NCBI GenBank assembly: GCA_963575745.1
Contig: CAUYUJ010000059.1
Coordinates: 1-64,000 of the forward strand
Source: Prorocentrum cordatum
Lineage: Eukaryota
Direction of reading: 5' to 3'
Length of the DNA stretch: 64,000 bases
Made by a program: the position numbers and the translations under genes. Positions 1 to 12,090 of the stretch are shown here, piece after piece. Below the pieces are notes generated by a model, which worked only from the letters and a program-made list of their open reading frames with translations, ran no database searches and was not told the DNA's origin. The first letter of the stretch is position 1. Each line of letters starts with the position of its first letter.

Positions 1-919
1 CCTCACGAGGCCCAGAGGGCCCCGGAGGCTCCAAAACGAAACGAAAAGCTGGGGGCACCGCGGGCCAGGGGCACCTTTTAGCAACCCCCGAAATATCCGG
101 CAGAGGAAGGGGAGGGAAACCGGGGAAGAAGAGGAGAAAGAGGAGGAGGAATAATAATACGAATAGTAATAGCAATAATCAGATAGCAATCATAAGGATA
201 TTACCAATAAGAATGATCAGAAGTCGAACAATAAGAACCATAACACTAATGATACGAATCATTATTATAGTAAGAAGACTCGGCCCTGCGCGCGGCTTCC
301 AATTGGCCTGCTGATTGCCGAGAAGTGCCTCGGCGAAAAGGCGAACACCTTCCACAATCGCAACCGTTTCGAGACGATCCGAGATGACGGGCGTCGCGCA
401 CCGTGCAGCCTGTCGCATGGGGTGTACACAGGCAGTCTGCCGTGCAGGCAGTCTTCCTGGGCAGGGGGCGATGCCCCTTAGTGGCCTCTGTGAGGCCGAC
501 GCCCGCGGTGCTGCCTGCACCAGGCAGGCCTCCGAGCCGCCCATCCCCGCCCGGGATTCGGCCTTCAAAACTCAGAGCGTGAATTACCTACCCCGCTTTC
601 GCTTCCAGGCAAAACCAAGCCATACCACGCGCCTCCTCATCAAGCGGCCTGACCAGTACAGGCTGCAGTTTGGCATCGTTTGGTATCTCTTGGAAGCGAG
701 GGTGGTCAAACGCGAGGTAGGTTTGTTTTCCCCCTAAAAACCCCCGCTGACGACGGGGCGCGGAAAGGACGCGGCCGCGGAAGAGAGGCGACGGAGCGAG
801 GAGGGAGGAGGGAGGTGCCCGCAGCGGAAGGAGGGCAAGCAGCACGCAGCAGAGGGGGAGGGGGGGAGGGCCTGGCGAATGACCATATCGTGCACGTCAG
901 GGGGGCAGGGCGGGAGGGA

Positions 920-1068
920 AAGAAACACACAGACACAATGAGTCGCCCATTCTCCAGGAAAAATGGGAACATATGGGAAGTGGGGGGGAGACAAAGACCC
1001 AGAAAGTATTGGAAAAGATGGGGAATCTTTTTATTTGTGTGTATGTATTTGTGTGTCCCAGGGCCCCT
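920..1068 (+). repeat. Dispersed repeat family B (other copies ~55715-55938, ~59310-59537, ~60560-60703)
   Basis: Shared AAACACACAGACAC..CCCAG..ACAT(AT)GGGA.GTGG..TGTGTCCC(A/T)GGGCCCC, all in the same orientation. Confidence 0.75.
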
Positions 1069-1099
1069 TCAGGCAGGGCGGGAAGGAGGGAGGGTGGCG

Positions 1100-2480
1100 G
1101 GCAACGCGCAGGCGCCGTCCGAACGCAAAAATAGCAGGGGGCTTGACGTAGAGGTGGGAGCCGGTGTCACCGTCGGTGGCGCGTTTCACGTATGTCTTCA
1201 GCGAAAGGGGGAAATGAGTGGACGTGGGTCTTGTGCGAGGCGCGGTTGGAGGTCTCATATGCATGTGTGGAGCTCCAGTGGAAGTCGAAGGGCCTGTGGA
1301 AATCGAAGTGCTGGGGGTATGCGTCTGTCTGGCAGCCTGAGGGGAGCTGTCCTGTCGTGTCCCGCTGGAATTATTGGCGGAAGGGACTGGTAAAATGAAG
1401 AGTCGTTCCTCGAGCGCACCAATGGTCTTCAACAGTCTCATATGGGATGCCAGTCGCACAGATCGAAAAGCCAGGTGAGAGGTTACTGCGCATCGACGCT
1501 ACTACTTGCGGAACTGAGATTGCACATCGCCATTTCTATGAGAGCATCGTGCGCTCACGAGACGCCACTGTGTGAGCACTCGCTGCGACCACGGACATGT
1601 GAACAGCCCGCCCACCAATGCCATGGCATCGCGTCGGTAAGCCAGGGCTCCCCCCACCCCCCGAAAAGACGTCACGTCATCGGACATTAGGTCACACCAA
1701 AACGAACGATCCCCCGAGTAGGACGGCACGCCTCGTTGCATCAAGTCCTACCAGGCCTGGAGTTCCCCTCTGCTGCTGGAGCCCGATCGTTCTGCCGGCC
1801 TCAGACCTTTGATCGCCCCCAACATTGCTTCCCAGCTTGATCCCTGGTGGCTCCTCTCCCTCGCCCCGGTCGGCCCTGGCCTTCGTCTCGTCGACGAGTT
1901 TCCGAGCCACCACTTCCGGATGTTTTCGTGGGGCCCTGCCGAGTTTTTCCTTCCGAGAAACATCATGCAATGAGTCGTTGTCTGCTCGGTTTCAAGCTTG
2001 CTGTGAGCGATCTCCTCCTGCTCGTTGACTGCTGGACTCGTCGGGCCATCCGCGATCGCTAACTGCACCCGCGTGTACCCCTTGTTGCAGGACTTCCTGC
2101 ACCTGAAAAGACGGGCCATCAGGCCCAATTCCACTTGGATCGTTCTTGGTACACACTTCCCGTAGAGGTCACCGCCAGATGAGCCTCTGGCACCGCCGCC
2201 TTCACAGTTGTCGAAGCCGTTAGGCATTTGTACCCTGCGCACGCGATGTACACATGAGGGGTTCCGAGGTCCTTCGTCGCCGCCTGGATGGCCGCTACCT
2301 CCGCGTGGAGCTTGTCAGCGCTCGTGGCCTCCTTGACCATCGCGCAGTCCGTCGGCATCACGACGCTCGGCCACTCTGCCGCTGCCAAGTCTCGTAGCTG
2401 CTGAGCGCTTGAGTAAGATCAATATCGCGTCCTGCGGGTCTCTGGAACGGGGCGGGGCGCGTTCCGCCCTGCCTGGCCCC
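1100..2480 (-). mobile_element. Decayed LINE-like 5' region (ORF1-like, possible APE remnant)
   Basis: Frameshifted peptides AAAEWPSVVMPTD..DLGTPHV, LFRCRK..RVQLAI and GRAPRK..RKLVD resemble the ORF at 21500-22057. The downstream APE similarity is weak. Confidence 0.35.
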
Positions 2481-2742
2481 ATCGGGGGGGGCCTCGTCCT
2501 CCTCGTCGTCCTCCTCCTCCTCCCCTCCTCCTCCTCCTCCTCCTCCTCCTCCTCCTCCTTATCCTCCTCCCTCCTCTCTCCTCCTCCTCCCCTCCTGCCA
2601 CCCGGTCCAGTGCGTCCTCTGCCGTCCTCTGCCAGCTCGCCGGCCCCGTCGCTGCTCGGCTCGCGCGCCTCCGGCCGCTCTCCGCCCGCCGCCGCTCCTC
2701 CGCCCGAGGGCTTGTGCCGCTTCAGCATCACACTCGGGTTCG

Positions 2743-2798
<56 letters not shown>

Positions 2799-3099
2799 GC
2801 CGCGTTTGTTGGTGCCCCAGGCGTTTCGCACCAATCCTGAGTCTGGAATCTGCGGGTCTGGCAAGGAGCACGAAGACCTGATGCGGAGCTGCAGTGCCAG
2901 CAAGCATCGATCCTCACAAACAGCAGATGGGACAGGACAATCCCCTGGGCTCCACAAGCTCGTGTGCTAGGTACGTCTCCCTCCCCCTTGCACCTACAAG
3001 TCGATGGCCTGATCTCATCACGTGTCGCTGGGCATTGTAACCGTGGGTGACGCTGTCTCATACATTACTCTGTGAATGTGACTTGGGTGACTGAGCTAC

Positions 3100-6000
3100 G
3101 TCCTCATTGTTAAGAGCGGGTTGCCACACCGTCGGCCGCCATTGTGTAAGGGTTTACTCATTTTGGGTCGGACCCAACCTATTGTCCCCTCCTCCCGTCG
3201 GTTGTGGTATCGATGTGGGAAACGAACGCTTTCTATTGATAGTGACATCGATGTCGGCCCAAACGCCGTGCTCGTTACAAGAAAGCCGAAGTAAGGGGAC
3301 ATCCTAGTGCACCAGGTCTCTAAACTCATCCGAGCTCTCGTAAGCGAGCTACAGGGATTCGTCTTGGTATGTTGCCTTCAATCCTCCGTCACTGAGTCCA
3401 CGTCCCCCAGGTTCCCCAGGATACAATCTCGAGCGTGCCAGTGGCACGAAGGGTATCGAGCCCAGTTCTGGTACCATTTGATGATTATGATCCTGAGCTC
3501 TTGCATGTCAGTAGGATCCTCCAGAATTTCCACAGTTATGATACCGACCATCGTCGAAGTCCCACCCCCCTCTCCGTGATCCCTCGATCCTCGTACCCAC
3601 AGTCCTCTCCTCATGGCTCGCAGCATAGGCGTGTCACATTGCTTGCCGTAAATGGTATCTTGTCTACGACCTCCCATATTTGACAGAAGAGCGGACGGTA
3701 CAAAGGCAGCAATACTCATCCTCTTAATATTGTTCTTCTCATTGTGCACCAGGAAGTTCGAGATCAAGCCTAGTCCTGCTCGGCCCGCTTTGAGCCTCTT
3801 GTGTTCTCCGCCTGCAGGAACCCCGATCTCGTCAGCCAACCTCCCAGGAATCTCAGGAAACGCCCCCTCTGTCCAGCACGCTCCATGGTACCACCGTGTG
3901 GGTAGACTCAGCTGTTTAGCGCCCCCCCTCCCAAAGCTTCGTGCCAGTGTAGCCCGCTTGCCATGGTTGAGAGCAACCCTGATCTCGTCCAGGCTTGCTG
4001 CAAGCGAAGCCCGCATTGCAGCCCACTGATCGTGCATGGGGTTCCCGTCCTTGCATGACACACATCGTGATATCGTCCGCGAACGTCGTGATCCCCTACA
4101 TCGGTCATTGTGTCGTCGACCTCGGTCGCTCCGGCATCTTTGTACGAGGTCAGGGTTAGGGTGGATCATCATCTCTTCTGCAGGATGACGCAATGCAAGA
4201 GATCCCGAGGAGGTCTCGACCTGCAAGGCTCCCTGAATGGTGCGCGCGTGCTGAAATCTGCGATCCTCTGGATGATCAAGTTCGCCAATCGTATCCAAGA
4301 TAACGTCTCTTTATTTGCTGGCGGAAGGAACGGTGGCGTCTTCGTTCACAATTGCGTGCGAGAGTTCCTGGCGTTACAAACGAAGCGACGCACACGTTGA
4401 AATTGCAATGGCGTCTTCCCTCCTCCGATGCCGCGAGAAGCCGTGGCAGTAGTAAGGTAGGTGTTCTCGAGTCCTGGTCCCCCGATGCCAAAGATACGCG
4501 TTCCAAGATTTTCCAACTGAACAGACTAGATGAATACATTTCTGGCCTTCTGGGCCTAATTTGGAGTTCTTCTTGTCGAGGTCAAGACATAATGAGTTAT
4601 TGTCGAGTAAAGGTGAGTGTGTGTGCTGAGATCTTCTGAAGCTTGCCACAATATCCGAAACACGTTCCGAGAAGCCCGTCGACGTCTCTTGTGTAAGGTC
4701 CTCTCCAACTCCGCCCCTTCTGAATGTTTGCCACTGTGTTGGGGGAGAGTGATCAACAACCTGAGCTCCAGTGGCACAGACCAAGCCTGTGTAGCTCTCC
4801 TCTTCGGTAATCTTCTCAGCCCTTGCACAGTTGCGCCTGCGCCCTCCCGTGCCCGTGCTAAATCGCAGGACTGCATCACGTTGTGTCTTTGCTCGTCTGT
4901 GACTTGACGTTCCTCCCCGTCATGATCACGGCCGAGCCCCTCCTCCAACTCTTTTCTCAAGACGCAGCCGACTGCTCCCAGACCCCGCTTCCGTGCAGGT
5001 TGTTTGAGAAAGGCAGTTATCTCCTCCGCCTCGCAATGTTCGTCCGTAGTAATGAAAGATCTCCTCTATCTCGCTCCTCTTCAACGTCTCGCCAGTCTCC
5101 TCACAAGTCTCTGGACAGTGTTGTGGTCGTGGTCCGTCCAAGCCGTGCTCATCTCGGACATGATGTTGGCGTTATTGTTGATAGTTATTTCACGCGGGAG
5201 TCGTCTCAATCTGAAGGTTATCTGGGCGAGTCTTAGTTCATCTCTATTTGGAACCTCCGCTCCAATATGCTTCTCTTTCAGTTTCTGTCTGTCCGCTGGA
5301 AATTCGCTGTATGTTTTCTCTAGCTGCGTTTTTTCTCCAACTCCTTCGGCGTGGATCGTTCGAACTCCTCTTTGGAAGCATTCGTAACCAAAGTGGCGAC
5401 TGAGTTCCATATTTCGTCTGTCATAGGTCTGGTGCACAATCATTGCCATTCCTCCTCCACGATATGCCCAAAATAGTTTGATTTATGTTCTGCACACCGT
5501 TCTTGCAGTACTCATCGCCACGTAGCATTCGCATGATATGGTCATGATCCCAATTGTGTCTCTTGTGCCGTCAAGCTTCGAAACCATATTCAACTAAATA
5601 TGAATCGGTCTGTGCTCTCGATCTTCCGAGGCATTAGTTGGTTGCAGACACGGGCCCGCACTTCGTAACGTTTGGCATCTGCGAATGTGCCGGCGCAGCC
5701 CCTGTGGTACATGTACGACGTCGATCCTCGACGAGCAGCTGTGTGCTCGCATTGGTCGCCATCAAGAGATTATAGTTTGCAGAGGTGGGTGCTGCAGGCG
5801 TCCTGCTACGTGGCCCCTCCTCCTCGGCTTCGCGACGATCGGCCGCCTGGTCCGCCTCCTCGCTGGAAGGGTCAAGGCCGACGGTCGCCACTCCCTCCCG
5901 GGTGTCCTCTGCCGAGCAGCCCTAAGCGATCGTTGAGGTTGGTGCCAATGTTTGGTATGCATCTTGCTCCCATTCTCTCCACCGTGGATCTCGGTTTTCT

Positions 6001-6700
6001 CGAGGAGGACGGTTTTCTCGACTACACGGTTTTCTCGAGGACGGTTTTCTCGACTACATGGACGGTTTTCTCGACTACATGGAGGACTTCCTTCTTCTCC
6101 CTCAAAGAGTCTCCAACATCCACCTCTCCGATTTCTGCTCGCAACACGTCTTCTGAGGGCCCCGGCCCCCCCGCGCTGCCCTCGTAGGGCCGTTCCCGCT
6201 GGACCGACATCGCGCGCTCGTCTCGTCTCGTCTCTCCACCGTGGATCGTGTTGTACCGCAGTTCTGTAACCCGTCTCGGATTCTCTGCCAGTCGAGAGGA
6301 CAGGAACGTGTGGCACCGTCAGCACGAGGTCTGGGGGTCCCAGTTTCAACCAACCTGCTCCGCAGCGTCAAGCGAGACGCGCTGCAGGGCTCTAAACTCT
6401 GTGCAGAAACCTTTGTGGCAAACGACGTCGATGAAAAACCATGCTCACCGCACGACTCTTTGAGGATGCCCGAGCCCATCCGAATCTCACCTCCCAGAGG
6501 GATTGGGTGGCTGAAGAGGCTGTGGTTCCTCTCTGACTGGCATCGGGCGGTGCCAGGGAGGAGAAGCATGCCGACGTTTCTGAATTCGTTCAGTATCTCT
6601 TGTGCTTGGGGTTGCACGTGATGTTTCGAGTTTGTGCTTGCGACAAGGTCGGCGCACCACCTGTCGCCATCCACTGTAGTTCAGCTTCGCGACGGCCACG
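3100..6700 (-). mobile_element. Highly decayed Ty1/copia-like LTR retrotransposon internal region
   Basis: Degenerate motifs appear in copia order: protease-like GSGILKESCG and SRLTLRS (~6480-6350), integrase-like HNVMQ..DLARA..AGA and NCERRRHRSF (~4890-4320), then RT-like remnants (~3800-3100). Many stops. Recognised by eye only. Confidence 0.45.
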
Positions 6701-6824
6701 GCGAGCAACCACCGCCCTGGCGGCGGCGCGCCCACCGCTTTATCACGAGCGGGATTGGCCCCAGAACGGAAGTGCAGCCATTCCGTTGCTCTCTGAATTG
6801 AGTACATCTGACATGTTCAGTAGT

Positions 6825-7185
6825 TGTTGTGTGTGTGTGAGCGCGTGTGTGTGTGTGTGTTGACTTATATGTCTGCCTGTCTGTCTGTCCGTCTGTCTGT
6901 CGGTCTGTCTGTCAGTCTGTTTGTCTGTCTGTCTGTCTGTCAGTAGTTTGTCTGTTTTTCTGTCCGTCAGTCTGTTTGTCTGTCTATCTGTCTGTCTGTC
7001 CGTGCGTGTGCGTGTGCGTGTGCGTGTGCGTGTGCGTGTGCGCGTGCGTGTGCGCGTGCTTGTGCGCGTGCTTGTGCGCGTGCGCGTGCGCGTGCGCGTG
7101 TGCGTGCGTGTGTGTTGTGTGTGTTGTGTTTTGTGTGTGTTGGGTTTTGTATGTTGTGTGTTGTGTGTGTGTTGTTTGTGGTGTT
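6825..7185. repeat. Compound GT/GTCT/GTGCGT microsatellite
   Basis: Read directly from the sequence. Confidence 0.95.
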
Positions 7186-8727
7186 AATGTTCTTTCAGAG
7201 CCGCTGAAGCGGCTGGAGGAGGAAGAGGAGGAGGAGGAGGAGGAGGAGGGGGGCAAGGAGAGGAGAAACAGGAAGGAGGTGTTCGAATGGTCCTCAAAGC
7301 TTTTGTGACGTTTCCGTCTCGGAGGCTTTCAGAGGTCTGCAGGGGCTGAAGGAGGGAAGGCGGAGGAGGGAATAATGGGATGAGACCAAGCCCCCACGTG
7401 CCCAACTTGGGCCGAGCTCTTTATTGATGTCGGCCCCAGCCAGGCCGAGATGCCACGTCTACCAATGCCTGGGCCCGACGCGAGCCCAGAGAGGCTTGGC
7501 GTCGGCGGCGGTCAGTTCCCTTCTCCCTGAAAGGTCTAACCGCACTGTGGTGTTCCGGCCGATCAAGGATCAGAGGGATAGCAAAATGTTCGGTGTCCCC
7601 CCGCTACCAATTCATGGCAGATTGGCCACCAGACGGAGGGCATCGACGATGACTGATGGTTGAAGAACATCTGGTGTGGCTAACAGAGCGCGCACCCACC
7701 CGGAAGCCCGCCAATACCCAGGCACCACACATGTCCATCGCGCCTCTTTCCCTCCTCCCACCCCTCCTCCATCCATCCGTCCGTCCGACACTCCACCCCC
7801 CCGCCTCTCCTTCACCCGCCCGTTCCTCACTCCCCCTCTCATGCCCCTCCCCATCCTCCCCCCCTTTCCCCCAAGAAGAGCGAGACAAGCACAGCCTCCC
7901 GTGTATGGTGCCGCGTGCCAGTAAGCCATGGCGTGAGAGGAAGTTGCTCGAGAAGTCTTCAGGGCACAGCTTAACTACAGTAGGAGGTTTCTGGGTCTGT
8001 TTGCGGTGCCAAAGCGGGTCTGGAACGTTTTCGGTTTTGAGCCCGGTCCGCCTGGGAAAGTGTTGGGGGTCTCAATTCCATCGAGATGAGCCCCAGGGGA
8101 ACCCGTCCAATTGTCCCCCCTCGAAATCCAGGGGAAGGTAGTGCACATGTCTCACCTGGGGTCGTTTTTTGTTGAAGGTGTGGGTGCCTCGGTTCGAAAA
8201 CCCCGAGTCGAGGTGGCCAGCTTGGGACTGGCCTTGTTGCAGCATGTATGCATGACCCCGTCCCAGCAGGCATAGAAGGCCTGATCAAAATTCAGAGGTG
8301 GGAGGTCCCGTCCAGGAATGAAAAAGTTGAGTGACCTGACGTGGCCCCCGCCTTACCGAGGCTCATGAGGCGGGCACCGACCCGCCCAGGGGGCTGGTCT
8401 GCGGCAGCTGTCGCCCGTACACCTAGCAGCCAGATGTGCAAGCTGGGTTGCGAATCGTCTCCGCAGTCGTCTCCAACCCCTCCCCCCTCCTGAGTCCTCC
8501 TTCGCCTCCCGTCCCCTCCCCTCTTAATGTTCCCCTCCCCTCCCCTTCTCCCGTTCCTTCGCCTCTCTTATTGTTCCCCTCCTCGGTTCGCCCCCCTTCC
8601 CCTCTTCTCTCCCCCCCTCCCAAGAGGAGCTGGTTCTCCTGGGCGGCAGGGCCACGACCCCGGACACCCTCCCTACGGACCTGCAGGCGCTGCGGGACCC
8701 GTCGCAGCCGCCGTCGATCGACGACAG

Positions 8728-8747
8728 CAACGACCACGACCACGACC

Positions 8748-8815
<68 letters not shown>
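8728..8815. repeat. (CACGAC)n microsatellite
   Basis: Read directly from the sequence. Confidence 0.95.
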
Positions 8816-9334
8816 TACGATGACGACGATGACGGCGGCGTCGGCGGGCGAGCCGATGAGCCGACGAGCTGCGGCACGTCCCCGTGTCCGCGCGCGCGGG
8901 AGCGCGCGAGCATTTGGGGATCGAGGGGCGACGGCGTTGGGTAAGTCTGGCCTCTCCTGGGCCTCGGCGTGCCCGGGCCGCCACCGCCGTCGTTGCCGCC
9001 GTCGTCATCGCCACCTTTGGAGGAGGAGGAGGAGGAGGAGGAGGGTGAGGAGGGGGAAGAGGAGGAGGAGGAGGAGGAGGAGGAGGAGGAGGTGGAAGAG
9101 GAGGTGGTGGTGGTGAGAGGGGTCCGAGGAAGAGAGGGGGGGGATGAGGAGGGCGTGGAGAGGAGCCCAGCTGGCCAGGAGTCGGCCCGGGTGGGCCCCA
9201 AGTTGGCCCGTATGGCCCCTAGGATTGCCCACAGCTTGCCAAAACTACGGGAAGCCCCCTCCAGTAGGAGCAGAGGAAGAGGGGGGATGGGGAGAGGAGA
9301 GGGGATGAAAGGGGAGGGGAGGGGGAGGGGAGGG

Positions 9335-9376
<42 letters not shown>

Positions 9377-10374
9377 GGAGGAGGAGGAGGAGGAGGAGGA
9401 GGAGGAGGTGGAAGACGAGGGAGCGGAGGAGGCAGGGGAGGAGGAGGAGGAGGAGGAAGAGGTTGAGGAGGATGAGCAGGAGGAGGAGGAGGAGGAGTAG
9501 GAGGAGGAGGAGAAGGAGGAGGAGGAGGAGGAGAAGGAGGACCAGAGTCAACCCAAGATGCATCAACTAATGCTGCAAAACACCCTCCCGTCCCCCCCCC
9601 CTCCTCATATGTCCATCGAAATTTCCATTTCCTCTCCGAGTGCCCCCCCTTGGATGACGAACGGCCAGTCGGGCCGCCAATTAGAGGAGGCCGCTTACTG
9701 TAAAGCTTCATCTTTGCAATTGAAGGACGCACAGGGTCGCCCCATTTTGAGAGGCACATGTCCCCCATCCGTTTCAGCGCTGCAGGATGTCCTTCTCTGA
9801 TGATGGCGGGGGTGATGTCCATGGCCGATCCGAGGTTGGATTTTCATCAGCTTCCAGACCCTGGATTCCTTATTTCAGGGTTCCTTGCCCCATGCCCCCA
9901 CCGTCTTGGAAAGGACTCGCCGTCCACCCGCGCAGCTAATGAACAAATTGGACGCCGAGTACGCACGGCGCCAGGGCGAGAGCCCCCTTCTTGTAACTGA
10001 CCCGCCATCGATGAACGATGGTGTGCGGCGCCAGCATAGCGAGCGCCCAAGTGTGAAAACCGTTTGTGGTTCACGTGCCCGCTCGATATGAATTCATCTG
10101 CTGTTTGAGGCCTCTTGCGGCGACGAGGACGGTGAAGATGAGGATGTGGATGCTGCTGCTGTCGGTGGCGTCAGTAAGCCATGGAGCGCTTGGGGAGGGA
10201 TTGTAGCGTCTGGGAGCGTTTTGGAACGTTCGGGAACGTCGGAGGCAGTCCGGACCGCTCGGGTCCCAGGTCCCAAATCGGAGTCGGCGAGGGGTTCCCG
10301 AAACGCATCGATGCATTAGGTATTTGTTATATAATCATTATTTGATGTGGTGAGTTTCATGCCGAAGCCGATGT

Positions 10375-10770
10375 TGAATGTCATCAGATGCGCACCGAAT
10401 ATTTCCTTGTGCATAGGATGGTGAGGGATGGGTCGGATTCATGTACGCCGAATTCTGTGCGCCTGCAGAGGACGGTGAGGATCGGGCTGGATTTCTGAGT
10501 ACGGAATGGTCTTTACCATAAATGATGAAGGTTGTGACGTATGGATGTACACCGAATCTCATATTTTGCATCGGATGGTGAGGGTTGGGTCGGATGCCGG
10601 ATGGATGTGCACCGAATATATTGTCCACGGAACGGGAATCGATGTGTCGAGTGGATGTGTTCCGAAGAACATTTTGTTACATCGGATGGTCGATGGTTGG
10701 GTCGTATGGATGTGAGCAGACCTGTATGTTTTGTATCGGATGGGGAAGGTTGGGCCGTATGGATGTGCTC
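10375..10770. repeat. Diverged minisatellite
   Basis: Recurrent CATCGGATGGTGAGGGTTGGGTCG / GGATGTG(C/T)ACCGAAT motifs. Confidence 0.65.
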
Positions 10771-11079
10771 GACGTAACGGCGAGAGCAACATTTTGAAAA
10801 GGAGCCGGCCCTTATCCTTTCAGCTAGTAAGAAAAGGATCCGGCCTCCATCTTTGGAACTGCTGCAAGGTTTTAAAACGGAAATGCGCAGCGTTACTGCG
10901 AGAGACACCTATTGAAAGCCTACCAGGCTCCATCCTTGAACCTGCTGTCAATGTTTAACCTTCGCATCATATTTGGCGTAGGGGTCGCAAGCGAAACGCC
11001 CTGCCAGGCCGATGGTGCAACAGGGAGAGGATACCTATGAAGATCAGGGAATGGGGAGGATGAGAAGGATTATGGATGA

Positions 11080-11812
11080 TGGTGGCCATGCTGTTGCTGC
11101 TGCTGCTGCCGAGGAGGAGGAGGAGGAGGAGGAGGAGGAGAGGAAGAGGAGGAGCAGGAGGAGGAGGAGGAGAACAAAAAGAGGAAGAGGAAGAGAAGGA
11201 GGAGGAGGAGGAGGAGGAGGAGGCAGGAGGAGGACCAAAAGGAGGAGAGGAGGAGGGCGGAGGAAAAGGGAGGGGGGATAGGATGGCCAGGGGAGGATGG
11301 GGGGAGGTGGGAGGAGGACCCGCGAGTCGGCAGGTGATGCGGCGCAAGAGCGTCGACAGCGAGTCCGTGAGGCACTGGTCGACCTCCTCCATGGGCTCGG
11401 CGGCCCTGGCCCGGACGAACTCCCCTCGCGGCCGACCCATGCTGCCTTCTGGCTCCACCTCCCACCCTCCTCCTTGCATCCTTTCCATCTGCTCGTACTC
11501 CCTCCCCCTCCTCCTCCTCCTCCTCCTCCTCCTCCTCCTCCTCCTTATCCTCATTGTCCTCCTCCTCCTCCTCCTCCTCCTCCTCCTTCTCTTCCTCCTC
11601 CTCCTCTTTCTTATTAGTATCTCCTCTTCCCCAATCTTCCTTCCTTATCCTCCTCCTCCTCCTCCTCCTTATCCTCATTATCCTCCTCCTCCTCCTCCTC
11701 CTCCTCCTCCTCCTCCCTCCCTCCTCCTCGGTCCCCTCCTCCCCCTCCTCATCCTCTCTCCTCCTCCTCCTCCTTCTCCTCCTCCTCCTCCTCCTCCTCC
11801 TCCTCCTCCTCC

Positions 11813-11854
<42 letters not shown>

Positions 11855-12016
11855 CCCTCCTCCTCCGCTTCTTCCTCGCCCTCCTCCTCCTTTCCCCCAT
11901 CCTCCCCTTCCTTCTCCTCCTCCTCCTTCTCCTCCTCCCCCTCCTCGTCATCATCATCATCCTCATCCTCATCATCATCAGCATCAGCATCAGCAGCATC
12001 ATCATCATCCTCCTCC

Positions 12017-12064
<48 letters not shown>

Positions 12065-12090
12065 GCAGCATCATCATCATCGTCACCATC
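11080..12090. repeat. GAG/CCT/CAT trinucleotide low-complexity tracts
   Basis: Read directly from the sequence. Similar tracts occur at ~9020-9540, 13800-14180, 17500-17940, 57155-57680, 58637-58795 and 61090-61290. Confidence 0.95.

Noticed and set aside
5985..6085. EKTV-repeat coding region
   Set aside because: A short 12-21-bp tandem expansion inside the decayed copia-like element, interrupted by a stop.
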